Of a stretch of 64,000 nucleotides of DNA, positions 25,101-36,539 are shown one piece after another. The notes beneath the pieces were generated by a model. The model saw nothing but the letters and a program-made list of their open reading frames with translations. It ran no database searches and was not told where the DNA came from. Origin of the DNA: Takakia lepidozioides (Eukaryota > Plantae > Bryophyta); NCBI GenBank assembly GCA_030704615.1, contig CM060731.1:60884001-60948000 (forward strand), read 5' to 3'. Position numbers and translations under genes: made by a program. How positions within the stretch are numbered: the stretch's first letter is position 1; the number at the start of each line of letters is the position of its first letter.

Positions 25101-25951
25101 CGGTAGTACCTTGTAATCTTTTCATCTCCTCTACCAGTGCGTTGTACATTATGTCCGCCCATTGTACCTCTTGTCCCTTCAGGCCTTTGAGTATTTCCTC
25201 CGTGAAGGATCTGCTCAAATACTGTTGGTTCTGTTTCATGGCAATCAGAACGTTCAATACCTGGCCTACCTCTTTTAACCCTGGGTACACAGCCTTGGTA
25301 CAAGCATAACCCTGAGTTTTAAAGAAACTCCCTTCTTGGAATAAGTCCCTATTTGCAGTCTTGCCCTGTGTTGCTCCACATGCACCTGACCTGCTGGCAA
25401 TCGAAACAATTGCTGGAGGTATAGGGGAGTAATCATTAATTCAACTCCCTTCACCGTTGTTGTTCCTGTCCTTGGCTCAAAGTTCTGCAAAAATTGTAAC
25501 ATGTACTGTCTATGGTGTAGTGTCCAATCTAGGCTTTGCAATCCTTGCAATCTCAGCTCCTCCAGTATCTGTATCGCCTGTGGGGTAGCAATCGTTTGTT
25601 TCTGCAGAATTGTGGTGCTCTTCACCCTGATTTCCTCCATTCCTCTCACTCTCTTCATTTTAGACTCACAGAACTGTTTGGCTGTAACAACTGCAGGAAT
25701 GCCTGTAGTGCACAAAGCATAAACGTATGGTTGCCGCAGAAAGCTATGGGTAATTTCTTGTAAGCCTGCGGGGCTTGCAAGCATCGCTCAAGAGAAAAGC
25801 TCTGCTCTGTCCTTTCGTGTCTATGCCACTGCGTAAGTAATATTGCGAGCGTATAGTCTGTTAGTTCCTCCATAGTTTCCAAGGTATAGCATTGATGGTC
25901 TGTCCTGTCGAGACGCCCGTTACTCAGAACGACGCCGCCTCTTGCGCTCAA
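22104..25951 (-). CDS. Large sense-strand extra ORF 3' of pol, broken by frameshifts; N-terminal plant retroelement-ORF-like domain and a long coiled coil
   Basis: Overlapping ORFs 25655-25951, 25275-25784, 23107-25290, 22550-23110, 22104-22655. MLQFLQNF..TTVKGVELMITP..LQQLFRLP resembles the Athila/Transposase_32-like motif; heptad-rich Q/E/L region. Confidence 0.65.
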
Positions 25952-26345
25952 TTTCCCTCCATTTTCTTGATCCTTCTCTGGTTTTCTATTGGCTGTATCC
26001 GCTGTGACTGGATTTTAGATTTTATCTTCTTTAGTGGACTTTCCCTGTTGGATAGTCCACTAGGATCACACATGTGACAAGAATTCCGCTTTTCTGTACT
26101 TGCCGTTCGTTCCGTTTCCCTTTTTCCGTACTCATTAATGGGCCCGCCTTTCATCCCTTTTGACGGCCGTTCTTGTCCTCTTTCTTTTGACACCTGTTCT
26201 TGCACTTCCTTCTCGGCTGTGTGTCGCGCCCTGACCTCCACGTGTCTATTTTTAAAGTAATTTCCGTTTCCTCTTCCGTCAGCCATTTTCCTGAAGTTAT
26301 TATGTGTCCACTTGTCACTGATTCTATGGATCGTGTAACTTTAGT

Positions 26346-26620
26346 AGGCTGTGTTGAGCTGTGACAGGCTGTGTCATACTGTGTTACGCTGTGATAGGCT
26401 GTGATGCACTGTGGTAAGCTGTGATAGGCTGTGACACGCTGTGGGTAGGTTGTGATAGGCTGTGTTGCGCCGTGCTGGGCTGTGATAGGCTGTGTCACGT
26501 CGTGATGGGCTGTGATAGGCTGTGTTTGCGCCGTGCTGGGCTGTGATAGGCTGTGTCACGTCGTGATGGGCTGTGATAGGCTGTGCTTTGCCTTGATGGG
26601 CTGTGATAGGATGTGTCACG
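26346..26620. repeat. Internal tandem repeat (GGCTGTGATA-based, ~20/40-bp units) between pol and the 3' ORF
   Basis: Repeated gggctgtgataggctgtgt; same GCTGTG core as the LTR repeats. Confidence 0.85.
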
Positions 26621-29600
26621 TTTGTTTTGCCCACCCTGGTCATATATGCTGGGCCTAGCGACAAGTGTTCCATACTCCGTTCGTAACACTGGTGCAGCCC
26701 GTGACTGCTCTTGCGGTTCAACATGCAAATCATGCTGCAGGGGTTTGTCATGGATACCACTGTACCCCTTCAACTTATTTGCATTGACTCTTCCCAGCAT
26801 TTCTTTGTTAATGGTTTGTAACATGGCGGTGTTGTTATCATACATCTTTTGTATGACATAAGGTCCTTTCCACGGTGATTTAAGCTTAGAAGCTTGAATC
26901 TTTCCTTTCTTCTGCAACCATAGAACCAAATCCCCCGTCTTAAAAGTCTTTAACTTGCCTTCATCAAACTGTTCCTTTCGCTTCATCTGAATTCTGGTCA
27001 TATTATCAGCTGCATCAGCACGTACTTCTTCCACATGGTATAATTCATGTTTCCTGACCTTGATGGAGTCTTGCAATTCCATTCTTTTTCCCCACTCCGT
27101 TCTCATGGTAGGTAACAGGAATTCCACTGGAAGTAAGGCTTCCATACCATAAACTAATTGGAATGGTGTATACTTAGTGGTGACTTTATATGAAGTCCTG
27201 TATGACCACAAAGCTGTCAGCAGCTTTGTATCCCAATCCGTTCTGTTTGCATTGACTATCTTAGCCAAGATAGTACATAGTATTTTGTTGGTAGCCTCTG
27301 CCTGCCCATTACCCTGTGGGTAATATGTTGTACTCTTTCTATGCACAATCATAAACTCTTTAGTCAACAACTCAATGGTCTCATTCATGAAGTGACTTCC
27401 TTGATCACTGATAAATTCTAAGGGACAGCCAAATCGTGTAAGTATGTTCTCGTACAGGAACCTTGCTGTGGACTTGGCTGTGTTGTCCCTCAAAGCTTTA
27501 GCTTCCACCCACTTTGTAGTATAATCAGTGGCTGTAATTATGTACCTGTTTCGTGTATTCTTGGATGGTGGGTTAATTGGTCCAACAAAGTCTAGTCCCC
27601 ATTTCTGAAATGGTTCCGTAGGCATTGTAGGATGCAAGGCCATCCTTCCAGATCTCTGCAAAGGTCCTAGCCTCTGACATTCATCACACTTCTGACAATA
27701 CTCGTGTACATCTTTGAACAAAGTAGGCCACCAGTATCCTGCGAGTAGTATCTTTCTACTGGTAGTCTCTTCTCCAAAATGACCTCCAGCCACTCCTTTA
27801 TGAACTTCCGCCAAAACTTTATTTACTTCATGGTGGTACAAGCATCGTTTTAGTACTCCATCAGGTCCTAACTTATACATTCTGCTTCCTACCATAGTAT
27901 AAGGTAAAGCTTTGATAGCGATTCTCTTCCTCTGCTCCTTACCATAACTAGGTGGGCACTGACCATGAGCAAGGTAGTATCTGATTGGCCACTGCCAATC
28001 TAACCAGTCATCTGCACTTCCCTGCACCTCCACTGCAAAGAGACTCGCATCTGGTAATTGATCATCTATTCCTGTGGCTGGTTCTCCTGTTGACAATCGT
28101 GACAAATGATCCGCCACAAGATGCAGTCTCCAGGCTTGTAAACAACCTCGAACTCAAACTCGTGCAAGATTATCAACCATCTTGCTATTCTTCCGCTTAT
28201 CAGAGGTTTGTTTACCAGGTATATCAGAGCCTGGTGATCCACATAGAACATAAACTTCTTGCCCAACAGGTAATGCCTGAATTTCTTCACTGCATAGATC
28301 ATTGCCAATGCTTCTCTTTCCGTTGTGCTATAGTTCCTCTCAGCACTGTTCATCAACCGGCTAGCATAGTACACAGGTGAATCTATATTCCCTGTAACAT
28401 TCTGGCTAACACCGCTCCCAACGCTTCTCCTGATGCATCGCAGTGAACATGGAATACTACATGCCAGTGAGGGTTAATCAGCACAGGTGTAGTTGTTACT
28501 GACAGTGTAAGTTCCTCAAATGCCTGTTGACATTCAGCTGTCCAGGCAAACACTGCATCTTTCTTCAGTAGTTTGCTCAATGGTGCTGCTATTTGTGCAT
28601 ACCTTTTGACAAATCTCCTGTAATAACTGGTTTGCCCAAGGAATCTTCGTAGACTTTTAACATTCACTGGTGGTGGAGAGGCTTTAATGGACTCTGTCTT
28701 TCTGGGATCCACAAGGAGTCCCTTCTTACACACAATGTGTCCCAGAAGCACCCCTGAGTTCACACAGAAAGTACACTTCTCTGGATTCAGGCCCAGACCT
28801 CTCATCCTGCATCTGGCCAAACATAACTCCAATTTATGCAAGTGCTCACTCTTAGAGCTGTACACACTGAAATCATCCAAGAATACCTGCATGAAATCAT
28901 CCAGATACTCATGAAAAGATTCACTTATCACTCTCTGAAAGGTCGCTGGTGCATTACAAAGTCCAAAGGGCATGACTTTGTATGCATAAGCCCCCCAGTC
29001 TGTGATGAAAGCTGTTTTCCCTTGGTCTTCTTCTGCCACTTGCACTTGATTATAACCACTGAAGCCATCCATGAATGAGTACATCTCATGGCCTGCCACA
29101 GTGTCTAATACTGCTTCTGTGAATGGCAAAGGGAAAGGATCTTTCTTCGTACAAGCATTCAGCTTCTTATAGTTCACACATACTCTTAGTTTGCCATTCT
29201 TCTTGGGAACTATAACAATGGGTGACAACCAAGTTGTATACTCTATTGGGTATATAAACTTAGCCTCAGCCAACTTCTTTATCTCTTCTCCAACCTTCTG
29301 TGCGTAGTTGGGATTCATTCTATACCTCGCCTGCTTGATTGGTACTGACCCTGGTTCCAGTTCAATCTTATGCTGACAGACTTCAGGTGGTATCCCTTTT
29401 AGATCCTCATAGCTCCAAGCAAATACATCTCTGTATTTGATGAACAAGCTTTTAGCTTCTTCGAAGAATTCCGGCTCCAAATCAGCTCCTACTTTCACCA
29501 TCCTCGGTTCCTCTTTAGTTCCCACATTTACTTCTCTCACCTGCTCATCAGCTGTGATTGTCCAACCAGTCACCACTTCATCCTGTAAGCTCACAGTGGC

Positions 29601-29700
29601 TGGTTCTTCTAGGATTTCTATTTCTCCTTCTCTTTGGTTTCCTCTTCAGTTGGTGTTGCTGTCACTACACCACAGCAGATACCTCTCAAACAACTTAGGC
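26495..29700 (-). CDS. pol: pol: reverse transcriptase, RNase H, integrase (frameshifted ~29700, ~28390, ~28095)
   Basis: LRVCVNYKKLN, MDGFSGYNQ, MPFGLCNAPATFQR, VFLDDF, HCDASGEALGAVL, ERNYSTTEREAL, H..GGH..CDEC, WGLDFVGP, SDQGSHF, YYPQGNGQAE. Confidence 0.95.
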
Positions 29701-32700
29701 TTTCCAGCCGCATCTCTGCAACCTGCTCCCACTCTGGGTGTGCAGCAAATAGGGTAGCTTCCTGCTCCTCATCCAGTCCTCCTCTCCAGTCATACTCTCT
29801 GACTCCTCGAGGTCTTCTTGTAGCAGGTAATCTACTAGATTTCTTTGTGGTAATTTGTATCTCGTGTATCCCATTATGCACGGTTAGTAACTGAGAATTC
29901 CAGTCATGGAATACCCTGGCCTGTTTCAGCCACGGACGTCCCAATAATAAGGAGTAAGCCTCCATGACTTCATCCATTTTTAATACAGTTACTGTGATCA
30001 TAAAGATCATTTTCTGTATCTGTATCTTAACTCCTCTTATTAATCCCAATGGCTGCACACTTCTTTGATCTGCCATTGTTACTGTAAATGGGGCTGGTTT
30101 CATGTTACTTAGACCAAGCTTCTTCCTTAATTGGTCTGTCATGATATTTACTCCAGAACCACCATCTATCAGTACATCAGTTAGTTCTGTGCTTCCAATT
30201 CTCAATTGGATTACTGGCATAGAATCATCAAAGTCCATGACTGGTTCTCGCCCTTCCGGCTTCACATTATAACTGGTCACCTTGCTGTTCAGGTCTGTGT
30301 TTCCTGTCTCTTGGGCAATTCGATTGATTGCTTGATACAGCCTGTGCCTACAATAAGGTGCCACAGCTAATAGCTGTCCAATGGTAATTTCTGCTTTGGT
30401 CTGACATATTACTTCAGCCAAAGTCTCTTCATTACTTTGCATGTCTGCATCTTCTTTTTTCCTTTCTTCCTCACTCCCTTCTTTTTCTCCATCCGAATCA
30501 GAGGAATCTGCCACAGGAATATCAGTACTCTTTTGCATTTCCCTTATAGTATCTGCCACTTCCTTGTGCAGTTCCTTCTCATCTTTCCAAGTCTCTTCAT
30601 CTTCAGGCATATCATTGCCACTTCCAGTCTCATCTTCTTCCTCTTCTACTGGAGGTATTAGTTTGGCTTTACTTCTTGTTACTATCATTGTACTTACTTC
30701 TGGTACAACACATGGCCTAACCATGTGAGCTGCCACCACTGGGCCCTCATTCACAGGAGCTCTCATCTCATTCTGGTGTCTTATCCAGAATGAACAGGCT
30801 GCCTTGCGATGTCCTGGCTGATTACAATAGTAACATAGCTCTTCACCATTGGGTCCTCGCCCTTGGTCTGTTCTTGGATTATTTCTATAATCCTGATTCC
30901 CGGGCTGGTAATTCCCCCTTGGATTACCCTGATAGTTGCCTCTGGAATTTCCTTGGTAATTCCCTCTTGAATTACCTCTCCCTTCCATGCCATTGTTATA
31001 ACCACCAGACCTACCATAGTGGTCCTGATCATTGTTTCTTCTTGGCTGGGGCTGCACCTGATGCACCCTTACTTGCCTAGGTTCTCTTGCAGCTGTCCTT
31101 CTGTTGTAGTAACAATTCTCAGTAGAATGGTTATCCATTTTACAGATAGTACAGTGTTTCTCCTTCATGTGGCATTCTGTGGTGGTATGGCCTTCATTCT
31201 GGCACTTTGCACACCATACACCCTTCCTCCAATGTGTTGCAGCCTCTGTGGCATACTTCTTCAAGATTTCTTCCAATTTTTTTTCATAGTTATCCCTCTT
31301 CAACTTCTCCTTTCTCTTACTCTTTCTTTTTAGTTCTTGCTCTTCTTCTTCATCTGACTCATCCTCAGAGTCCTCATCTTCTTTTTTCTCTCTCCTGAGC
31401 ATTCCCAATTGCTCAATTCTGTTCGCAGTTTCAAATGCCTCCTCCACTGTATTATGGGGTAACATATCCACTTTCTTTTGCAACTCTGGTCTTAGTCCAC
31501 TCACAAACCAAGTCTTCTGTAACCCGGGCGCTGGTACTGCAGCCAGCTTTTTCATCATCAATTCCATCTTCTCCATATACTCTTCAACAGTTTCATGCTT
31601 CTTCTGCTTCAGCTGTTGTAAACTTCCATACACTTCATCCTCAGTTTTACTTGTCCTGAACCTATTTCGAAATGCTGTATTCAAGCCATTCCAGGTTAGG
31701 AAATGATTATCAGGGAATCTTGCATACCATTCACTTGCTTTCTTGATAAGTGAACAAGGAAACAGTCTCATCTTGGCATCATCGCCATTCTCATTGTTCA
31801 CTATACACATGTGCTCAAATTGGCTAATGTGTACATCGGGATCCCCTTTTCCTGAATATATTGGAAAGGGTGGTTTTGCCCGTGTTGGTTGTAACGCCAT
31901 CTGTGGCCCTACCTTCTGCCCACTGACAGGTGCTGGCACCCTTGCTGGTGCTGGTCCTTCTGGACCTGTTGTTTTTGTGGTGGATCTTCCACCAAGTGGT
32001 GGCCCTTGAGCACTCCTTGCTTCTGGCCCCACGATATTCACAGTATTCCCAGCTTCAGTTGCACTACTTCCCACACTCCCTGTCCCCCCAGAGCCAGATC
32101 CAGGCAGCCCGCCTGATCCCCCTGAGCCGACACCTTCGTTGGCCTGTGATCCAAGTGCTCCACTTGATCCAGGTCCAACGGGTTGGGATGTCCTGGTTGT
32201 AGTCTCAACCTCAGCTGTTGGGTCTACTTCTTCATATTCTTCCTCTTCTAATTTCTTCTCTCTGTTTTCATCCTCCAAGTTCTGCCCTTGGGTTTCTTCT
32301 TCACTCATGTAACTCAACTGTAATGGTGTTGGAGAGTCTGAACTCTCCGTTGGCTCTGCCACATCCTCTTCTCCTTCTTCACCTTCTGCTTCAGAAACTG
32401 GAGTTCCTGCTTTTGGTGTTCCATGCCAACTCTTATCAAAGATTTCTGTCAAGTCTTTTATCCAAGGATGTACCTCAGATCTTTCACCTCGTGATTGATC
32501 TTCTTCCTGTACCAATTCCCTTAATCTTTCTTGCAAAGAAACAGAAGGAGTGGCATCCAACTCTAGTTCTTCCGGTATAGGTGATGCACTCTTTGATCTT
32601 AATGGTGTGAGAGGTCCAGATGATTCCCCTATGTCTATTCCTCTCTCCCAAAGATATGGATAATTAGCTTTCAGATAGCTTTCTCTTTTTGCTGAATATC

Positions 32701-32731
32701 TCTGTCGTCTAGCTTCTCTTTCATCACTCAT
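29618..32731 (-). CDS. gag: gag-protease (retrotransposon capsid, three CCHC knuckles, aspartic protease)
   Basis: FPIYSGKGDPDVHISQF..LFPCSL..ASEWY; CAKCQNEGHTTTEC, CTICKMDNHSTENC, CYYCNQPGHRKAAC; VLIDGGSGVNI. Confidence 0.93.
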   Translation of the reverse strand: MSDEREARRQRYSAKRESYLKANYPYLWERGIDIGESSGPLTPLRSKSASPIPEELELDATPSVSLQERLRELVQEEDQSRGERSEVHPWIKDLTEIFDKSWHGTPKAGTPVSEAEGEEGEEDVAEPTESSDSPTPLQLSYMSEEETQGQNLEDENREKKLEEEEYEEVDPTAEVETTTRTSQPVGPGSSGALGSQANEGVGSGGSGGLPGSGSGGTGSVGSSATEAGNTVNIVGPEARSAQGPPLGGRSTTKTTGPEGPAPARVPAPVSGQKVGPQMALQPTRAKPPFPIYSGKGDPDVHISQFEHMCIVNNENGDDAKMRLFPCSLIKKASEWYARFPDNHFLTWNGLNTAFRNRFRTSKTEDEVYGSLQQLKQKKHETVEEYMEKMELMMKKLAAVPAPGLQKTWFVSGLRPELQKKVDMLPHNTVEEAFETANRIEQLGMLRREKKEDEDSEDESDEEEEQELKRKSKRKEKLKRDNYEKKLEEILKKYATEAATHWRKGVWCAKCQNEGHTTTECHMKEKHCTICKMDNHSTENCYYNRRTAAREPRQVRVHQVQPQPRRNNDQDHYGRSGGYNNGMEGRGNSRGNYQGNSRGNYQGNPRGNYQPGNQDYRNNPRTDQGRGPNGEELCYYCNQPGHRKAACSFWIRHQNEMRAPVNEGPVVAAHMVRPCVVPEVSTMIVTRSKAKLIPPVEEEEDETGSGNDMPEDEETWKDEKELHKEVADTIREMQKSTDIPVADSSDSDGEKEGSEEERKKEDADMQSNEETLAEVICQTKAEITIGQLLAVAPYCRHRLYQAINRIAQETGNTDLNSKVTSYNVKPEGREPVMDFDDSMPVIQLRIGSTELTDVLIDGGSGVNIMTDQLRKKLGLSNMKPAPFTVTMADQRSVQPLGLIRGVKIQIQKMIFMITVTVLKMDEVMEAYSLLLGRPWLKQARVFHDWNSQLLTVHNGIHEIQITTKKSSRLPATRRPRGVREYDWRGGLDEEQEATLFAAHPEWEQVAEMRLESLSCLRGICCGVVTATPTEEETKEKEK

Positions 32732-32752
32732 GTCCCATGTCTTTCATTTCTT

Positions 32753-33448
32753 TTAATGTGGCAATAACCAAAACTCTCTTCTGTAATATCTCTCGTATAT
32801 GCCTGGGTTTCTTTCAAGCTTCAATGCACCCTTGGCTATACTTGAAGTCTCCGTTACCATATAACCATATGGCAAACAAGTCTGAAAAGCTGTTCTTGGT
32901 GTGAGTTTGATCCACAAAATATCCTTTGGAATCCAATTCTTTACCAGTACAAGCTCTTCATGCATATGAGTATAAACATTCACCTTTCTTTCTTCCCAGC
33001 CTTCAAACTCTACTCGTTTAATGGATAGCAATGCTATCACATAAACCAATGTTGGTAACCAACGTGCTCTTCCTCTACAGGCTACCTGATAAATCTTTAT
33101 CACTCCTTTCTCCAGACCCCATTCTGGATCAGCATCATGCACTCGTTTAAGAATATTTTCTTTACAACCGTCTGGCAATTCCAAGAACCTTTGAAAGAAT
33201 TGTTTGGACAATCTTTCTTCCTTCGTTCCACAGGGAATTTGATTCACTTCAAATTCTTTAATGGTCCAACCACCATGATCCCACCAGATGCCTGTCACAT
33301 CTGGTTGTTCATGTCCCAGGTCCCCAGTATGGTCGCCAAATGTCGCGCGGCTTTTACTCACCCATCCCTTCGCTATTCGAGGCGGAAACTCCAAGATTGA
33401 AGAGTTGGAAATCTCTAAGTACTCAGCCCGCGCAGAACAATCAGTCAT
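32753..33448 (-). CDS. Extra ORF upstream of gag (231 aa, unknown function), starting inside the 5' LTR
   Basis: Open ORF; homologs at 50804-51500 and ~62100-62620. Confidence 0.7.
   Translation of the reverse strand: MTDCSARAEYLEISNSSILEFPPRIAKGWVSKSRATFGDHTGDLGHEQPDVTGIWWDHGGWTIKEFEVNQIPCGTKEERLSKQFFQRFLELPDGCKENILKRVHDADPEWGLEKGVIKIYQVACRGRARWLPTLVYVIALLSIKRVEFEGWEERKVNVYTHMHEELVLVKNWIPKDILWIKLTPRTAFQTCLPYGYMVTETSSIAKGALKLERNPGIYERYYRREFWLLPH
33322..33338 (-). promoter_or_regulatory. Primer-binding site TGGCGACCATACTGGGG (tRNA-Arg-like, inferred)
   Basis: Two nt from the LTR end; identical PBS at 50914-50930 and 62074-62090. Confidence 0.88.
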
Positions 33449-34367
33449 GACCTACAGCTAGTGTATCATGGGGGTATTTCCTATTTGTTTCCCTTTTGGT
33501 ATTCATGTTAACTATCTTACCATTGATAATTAAGTATCAGTTTGCTTTATCAATCTATTGGATTCCATCAACTCATCCATTCATTCCACAGCTTCACTCA
33601 GATCTCTCTACACAGTGTGATTGTATCGTAAAAGTATCCGATTATGATTTATCAGGTATCAGGCCGAAGCCATTGTGTCTCTAATCTCCTCTACAATATC
33701 ATTACAGTCTTGCATATATCAAGCATCTACTCATCATCTCTCTATCTTCACTTCCGTTCTTCATCTCTGCCCGATCCCCTCTCCTCTATCACCAAGAAGT
33801 CCTCCTCCGAATGATGTCCCTCAATTCCCCGTTTCTCCCTTTATCTTCCTATCCGCGGTTCTAACCGTTTCCCTCACTAACCGTCGTCTGTGAACTAACA
33901 TGTTCCCTTCGCAGGTGTTGTTCCCCACAGTCGTTCCCTGTCCTACTTTTCGTTCCCTATGATCGTGACAGCTGTGTCAAGCTGTGACTGGCTGTGTGAA
34001 ACTGTGACGGGCTGTGACTGGCTGTGCGACTGTGTTTGGCTGTGTCGGGCTGTGACTGGCTGTGTGGCTGTGTCGGCTGTGACGACTGTGACAGGCTGTG
34101 TTGCTGTGTCGATGTGTCGGCTGTGTGTGGCGTCGGCTGTGTCTGCTGTGACGACTGTGACGGGCTGTGTTGGCTGTGTCGGCTGTGAAGGGCTGTGTTG
34201 GCTGTGTTGGCTGTGTCGGCTGTGACGACTGTGACGGGCTGTGTAACCCCCCCTCTACAGTGCGCTGCTCTCACCCCTAAGGCTCCTGTTGGTCTCAGTC
34301 TGTGCAAAAATTAAGGGTACCCTACAGATCCCGTATAAGTGTCTAAGTCCCCGGCAGTCCTCTAACA
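33341..34367 (-). repeat. 5' LTR
   Basis: Matches 21017-22072 with a few substitutions/indels and a different repeat-unit count. Confidence 0.95.
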
Positions 34368-34372
34368 AATTC

Positions 34373-34500
34373 TGTAGTCCGATTCTGAAAAGCGGGGGAC
34401 ATTGTAGCTCTTCTGGTGCTTCAAGATTTTGCACAAGACTCCATTTACGTCAAAAATAATCAAACGCAAACCTTGCGCAGGAGGAGAAACAGGGGTGCTC
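34373..34500 (-). pseudogene. NIF/FCP1-like domain 2, 5' part
   Basis: Translates as GLRLIIFDVNGVLCKI..SDYRI and joins in frame to PALVGFRLVFRREKYRKVWIEL once the element and one TSD copy are removed. Confidence 0.8.
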
Positions 34501-34624
34501 CAATCTGCCAGAGAGTCATTCATACTTAGGATGATAAAAAGGAACAGTACAATGCATTGGAAAAACCGACACCAGACAAGTGAACAAGAACGTCCACTGG
34601 ACAGCCGAGGTTCACCAAACTCAG

Positions 34625-35420
34625 TTAAAATATTTTATGTCCCAATGCAGCGGCACGCAACTCGAGATTGCTAAGGAACTTCTGCCACCTATAATCAAAG
34701 TCTCTAAGAAATTTGACCGCTGGGTCGTCCTCGAAGAAATCCTTCGAAACGCCGAAAGGATGTAGGTCGTTGAACGGCATGACATCCATCCCCGATAACC
34801 GGAACATGTTAAGGTGAAGCTTAAGCTCTTCCAGTAGAAATATATCCCTGTCAGGGTCCACGCGCGCCTTATATTTTGGAAGGAAGATGGTATGTCCTAA
34901 TGGGTTCAAGTAGGACTTGTACATATTGTCTACAGTGTCGATGAGGAGAGTATTGGATTTGTAAGCCGTCGGGTGTTCCTCAGCGAAAATGTCGTAAAGA
35001 CGTTTAAAGTAGATGGGATTTTTGGGAGCTTTAGGCCATTTTTCGTTGAATGTCGATCTATGCATGACGGAATTCTCACTGCTATAAGTTCTGACCTGGG
35101 AATAATACTTCCCGAACACGGCCTGGGCGATAGTCTCGACGTTCATTTCAGGTCCAGTGTTCCAAAAACAAACGGTAAACTTTTTGACGGCCCACTTAAC
35201 AATTCGTCAAGACCGTTTCGCGTAGCTAACTTGAATTTCCCTGCGGAGATACAAGGCTGTTTTTTGTTGAGGAAAGCATCGACAAGTATGGTGTCTATTC
35301 AATATTAACCCCTAAAGGACGGTGGCATGAGGTGTTTTCTTTCCATCCTTTAGGAAAACCTCACAAAGGTAACCAATGTCCAGAACCAGGATGTAGTATC
35401 CTGGCCGACATCCATTCGGT
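34625..35420 (-). pseudogene. NIF/FCP1-like domain 3 (degenerate, frameshifted)
   Basis: YILVLDIGYLC; YFKRLYDIF..YKSNTLLIDTVDNMYKSYLNPLGHTIFLP. Confidence 0.65.
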
Positions 35421-36539
35421 CCCCAAGGAAGGGAATGCAGATCGTTTGGATTGACAGAAAGGGAATAGTCGACTGGAGGGTAATGCATGTTGTCCTGTGG
35501 AAGAACAGAAGAGTTCATTATTAATTTCAATTTGAGAAATCCCAAAGTAGACAAACGGAAGAATGGAGTTGAAATCATTACCGTTTTTGGAGTCGGCTGC
35601 TGAGATCCCTGGGCAGGCTGCTCCTCCTTTTTCCCATCTCTACGTCCAACGTTATCGTCCTTCTCTGTGGAGCCAGATGGCAACCTCGACTGTCCAGTAG
35701 AGGTTACTTGTATGACCGGCTCAGATAGAGCGACAGTAATTGTTCGATCCACTCTTCTCTTCACCGTCTCAGTGTCGATGGAGTCGGTCCTCGTGTGTTT
35801 GATCTCCTCAGACGTCGTCTCACGAATCTACAGGAATTAATGAAAAAATCCCACGGATGACAACTATGGTGGTCCAAAATGATCTGACAAAATTACCGAA
35901 TTGAGCAATACCGAAGATGAGACTGAAAGACCAAAGAGTAATAAGAATAAAGCCAATGTTTACCCGAATCGGGATCTGTTGTGGATTACGCGATTGTGGT
36001 GCTCTGTTCTCTCTTCCCCGCGAGTAGGAGGATTCTCTGAATCCCTGCGTCCCTTGATGGCAACGTCGACTGGACAGTGGAGGTACTTGCGGAACCGGCT
36101 CAGGTGACCTGGCCCTCACGTCAGATCCACGTGTTTCTTCACCGTTGAGTCTCCTTTGATCCTTTTCTTGTGTGTGTCATTTCCTCCGAATTGGATTCTT
36201 GGATCTACAAGAAAAGTTATCCAAATCGGTTAGTGGTTGTCCACAAAGGTGTGCGAACGGAAATATGTATCCGGGTGGAAATATGTTTTATTCGGAAGTC
36301 CAGAAAGACGGATATGGGAAAAACATTGGGATTATATAAATTACAATATTGTCATATGGAAAAACACATTCGGATTATTCCACTCACAAGTATGTATAAT
36401 TACAATATTGTCATATTGTATTCAGAAGTGTTGTAAAAATAAACATTCATTAATGTCATTCGTTACCTACATCCAGAACCACTTCCTGGGTGACATTCTG
36501 GGACACCAGCTCACGACGATGTTAACGGGATACGGTGAC

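Larger units (their letters stand above)
21017..34367 (-). mobile_element. Full-length Ty3/Gypsy LTR retrotransposon with 5' and 3' extra ORFs
   Basis: Two ~1.03-1.06-kb TG..CA LTRs, TSD AATTC (21012-21016 and 34368-34372), PBS, PPT, and domain order gag-PR-RT-RH-INT. Confidence 0.97.

Noticed and set aside
29594-29720. Programmed gag-pol frameshift
   Set aside because: It falls after the protease, and similar shifts occur inside RNase H, so mutation or assembly error is more likely.
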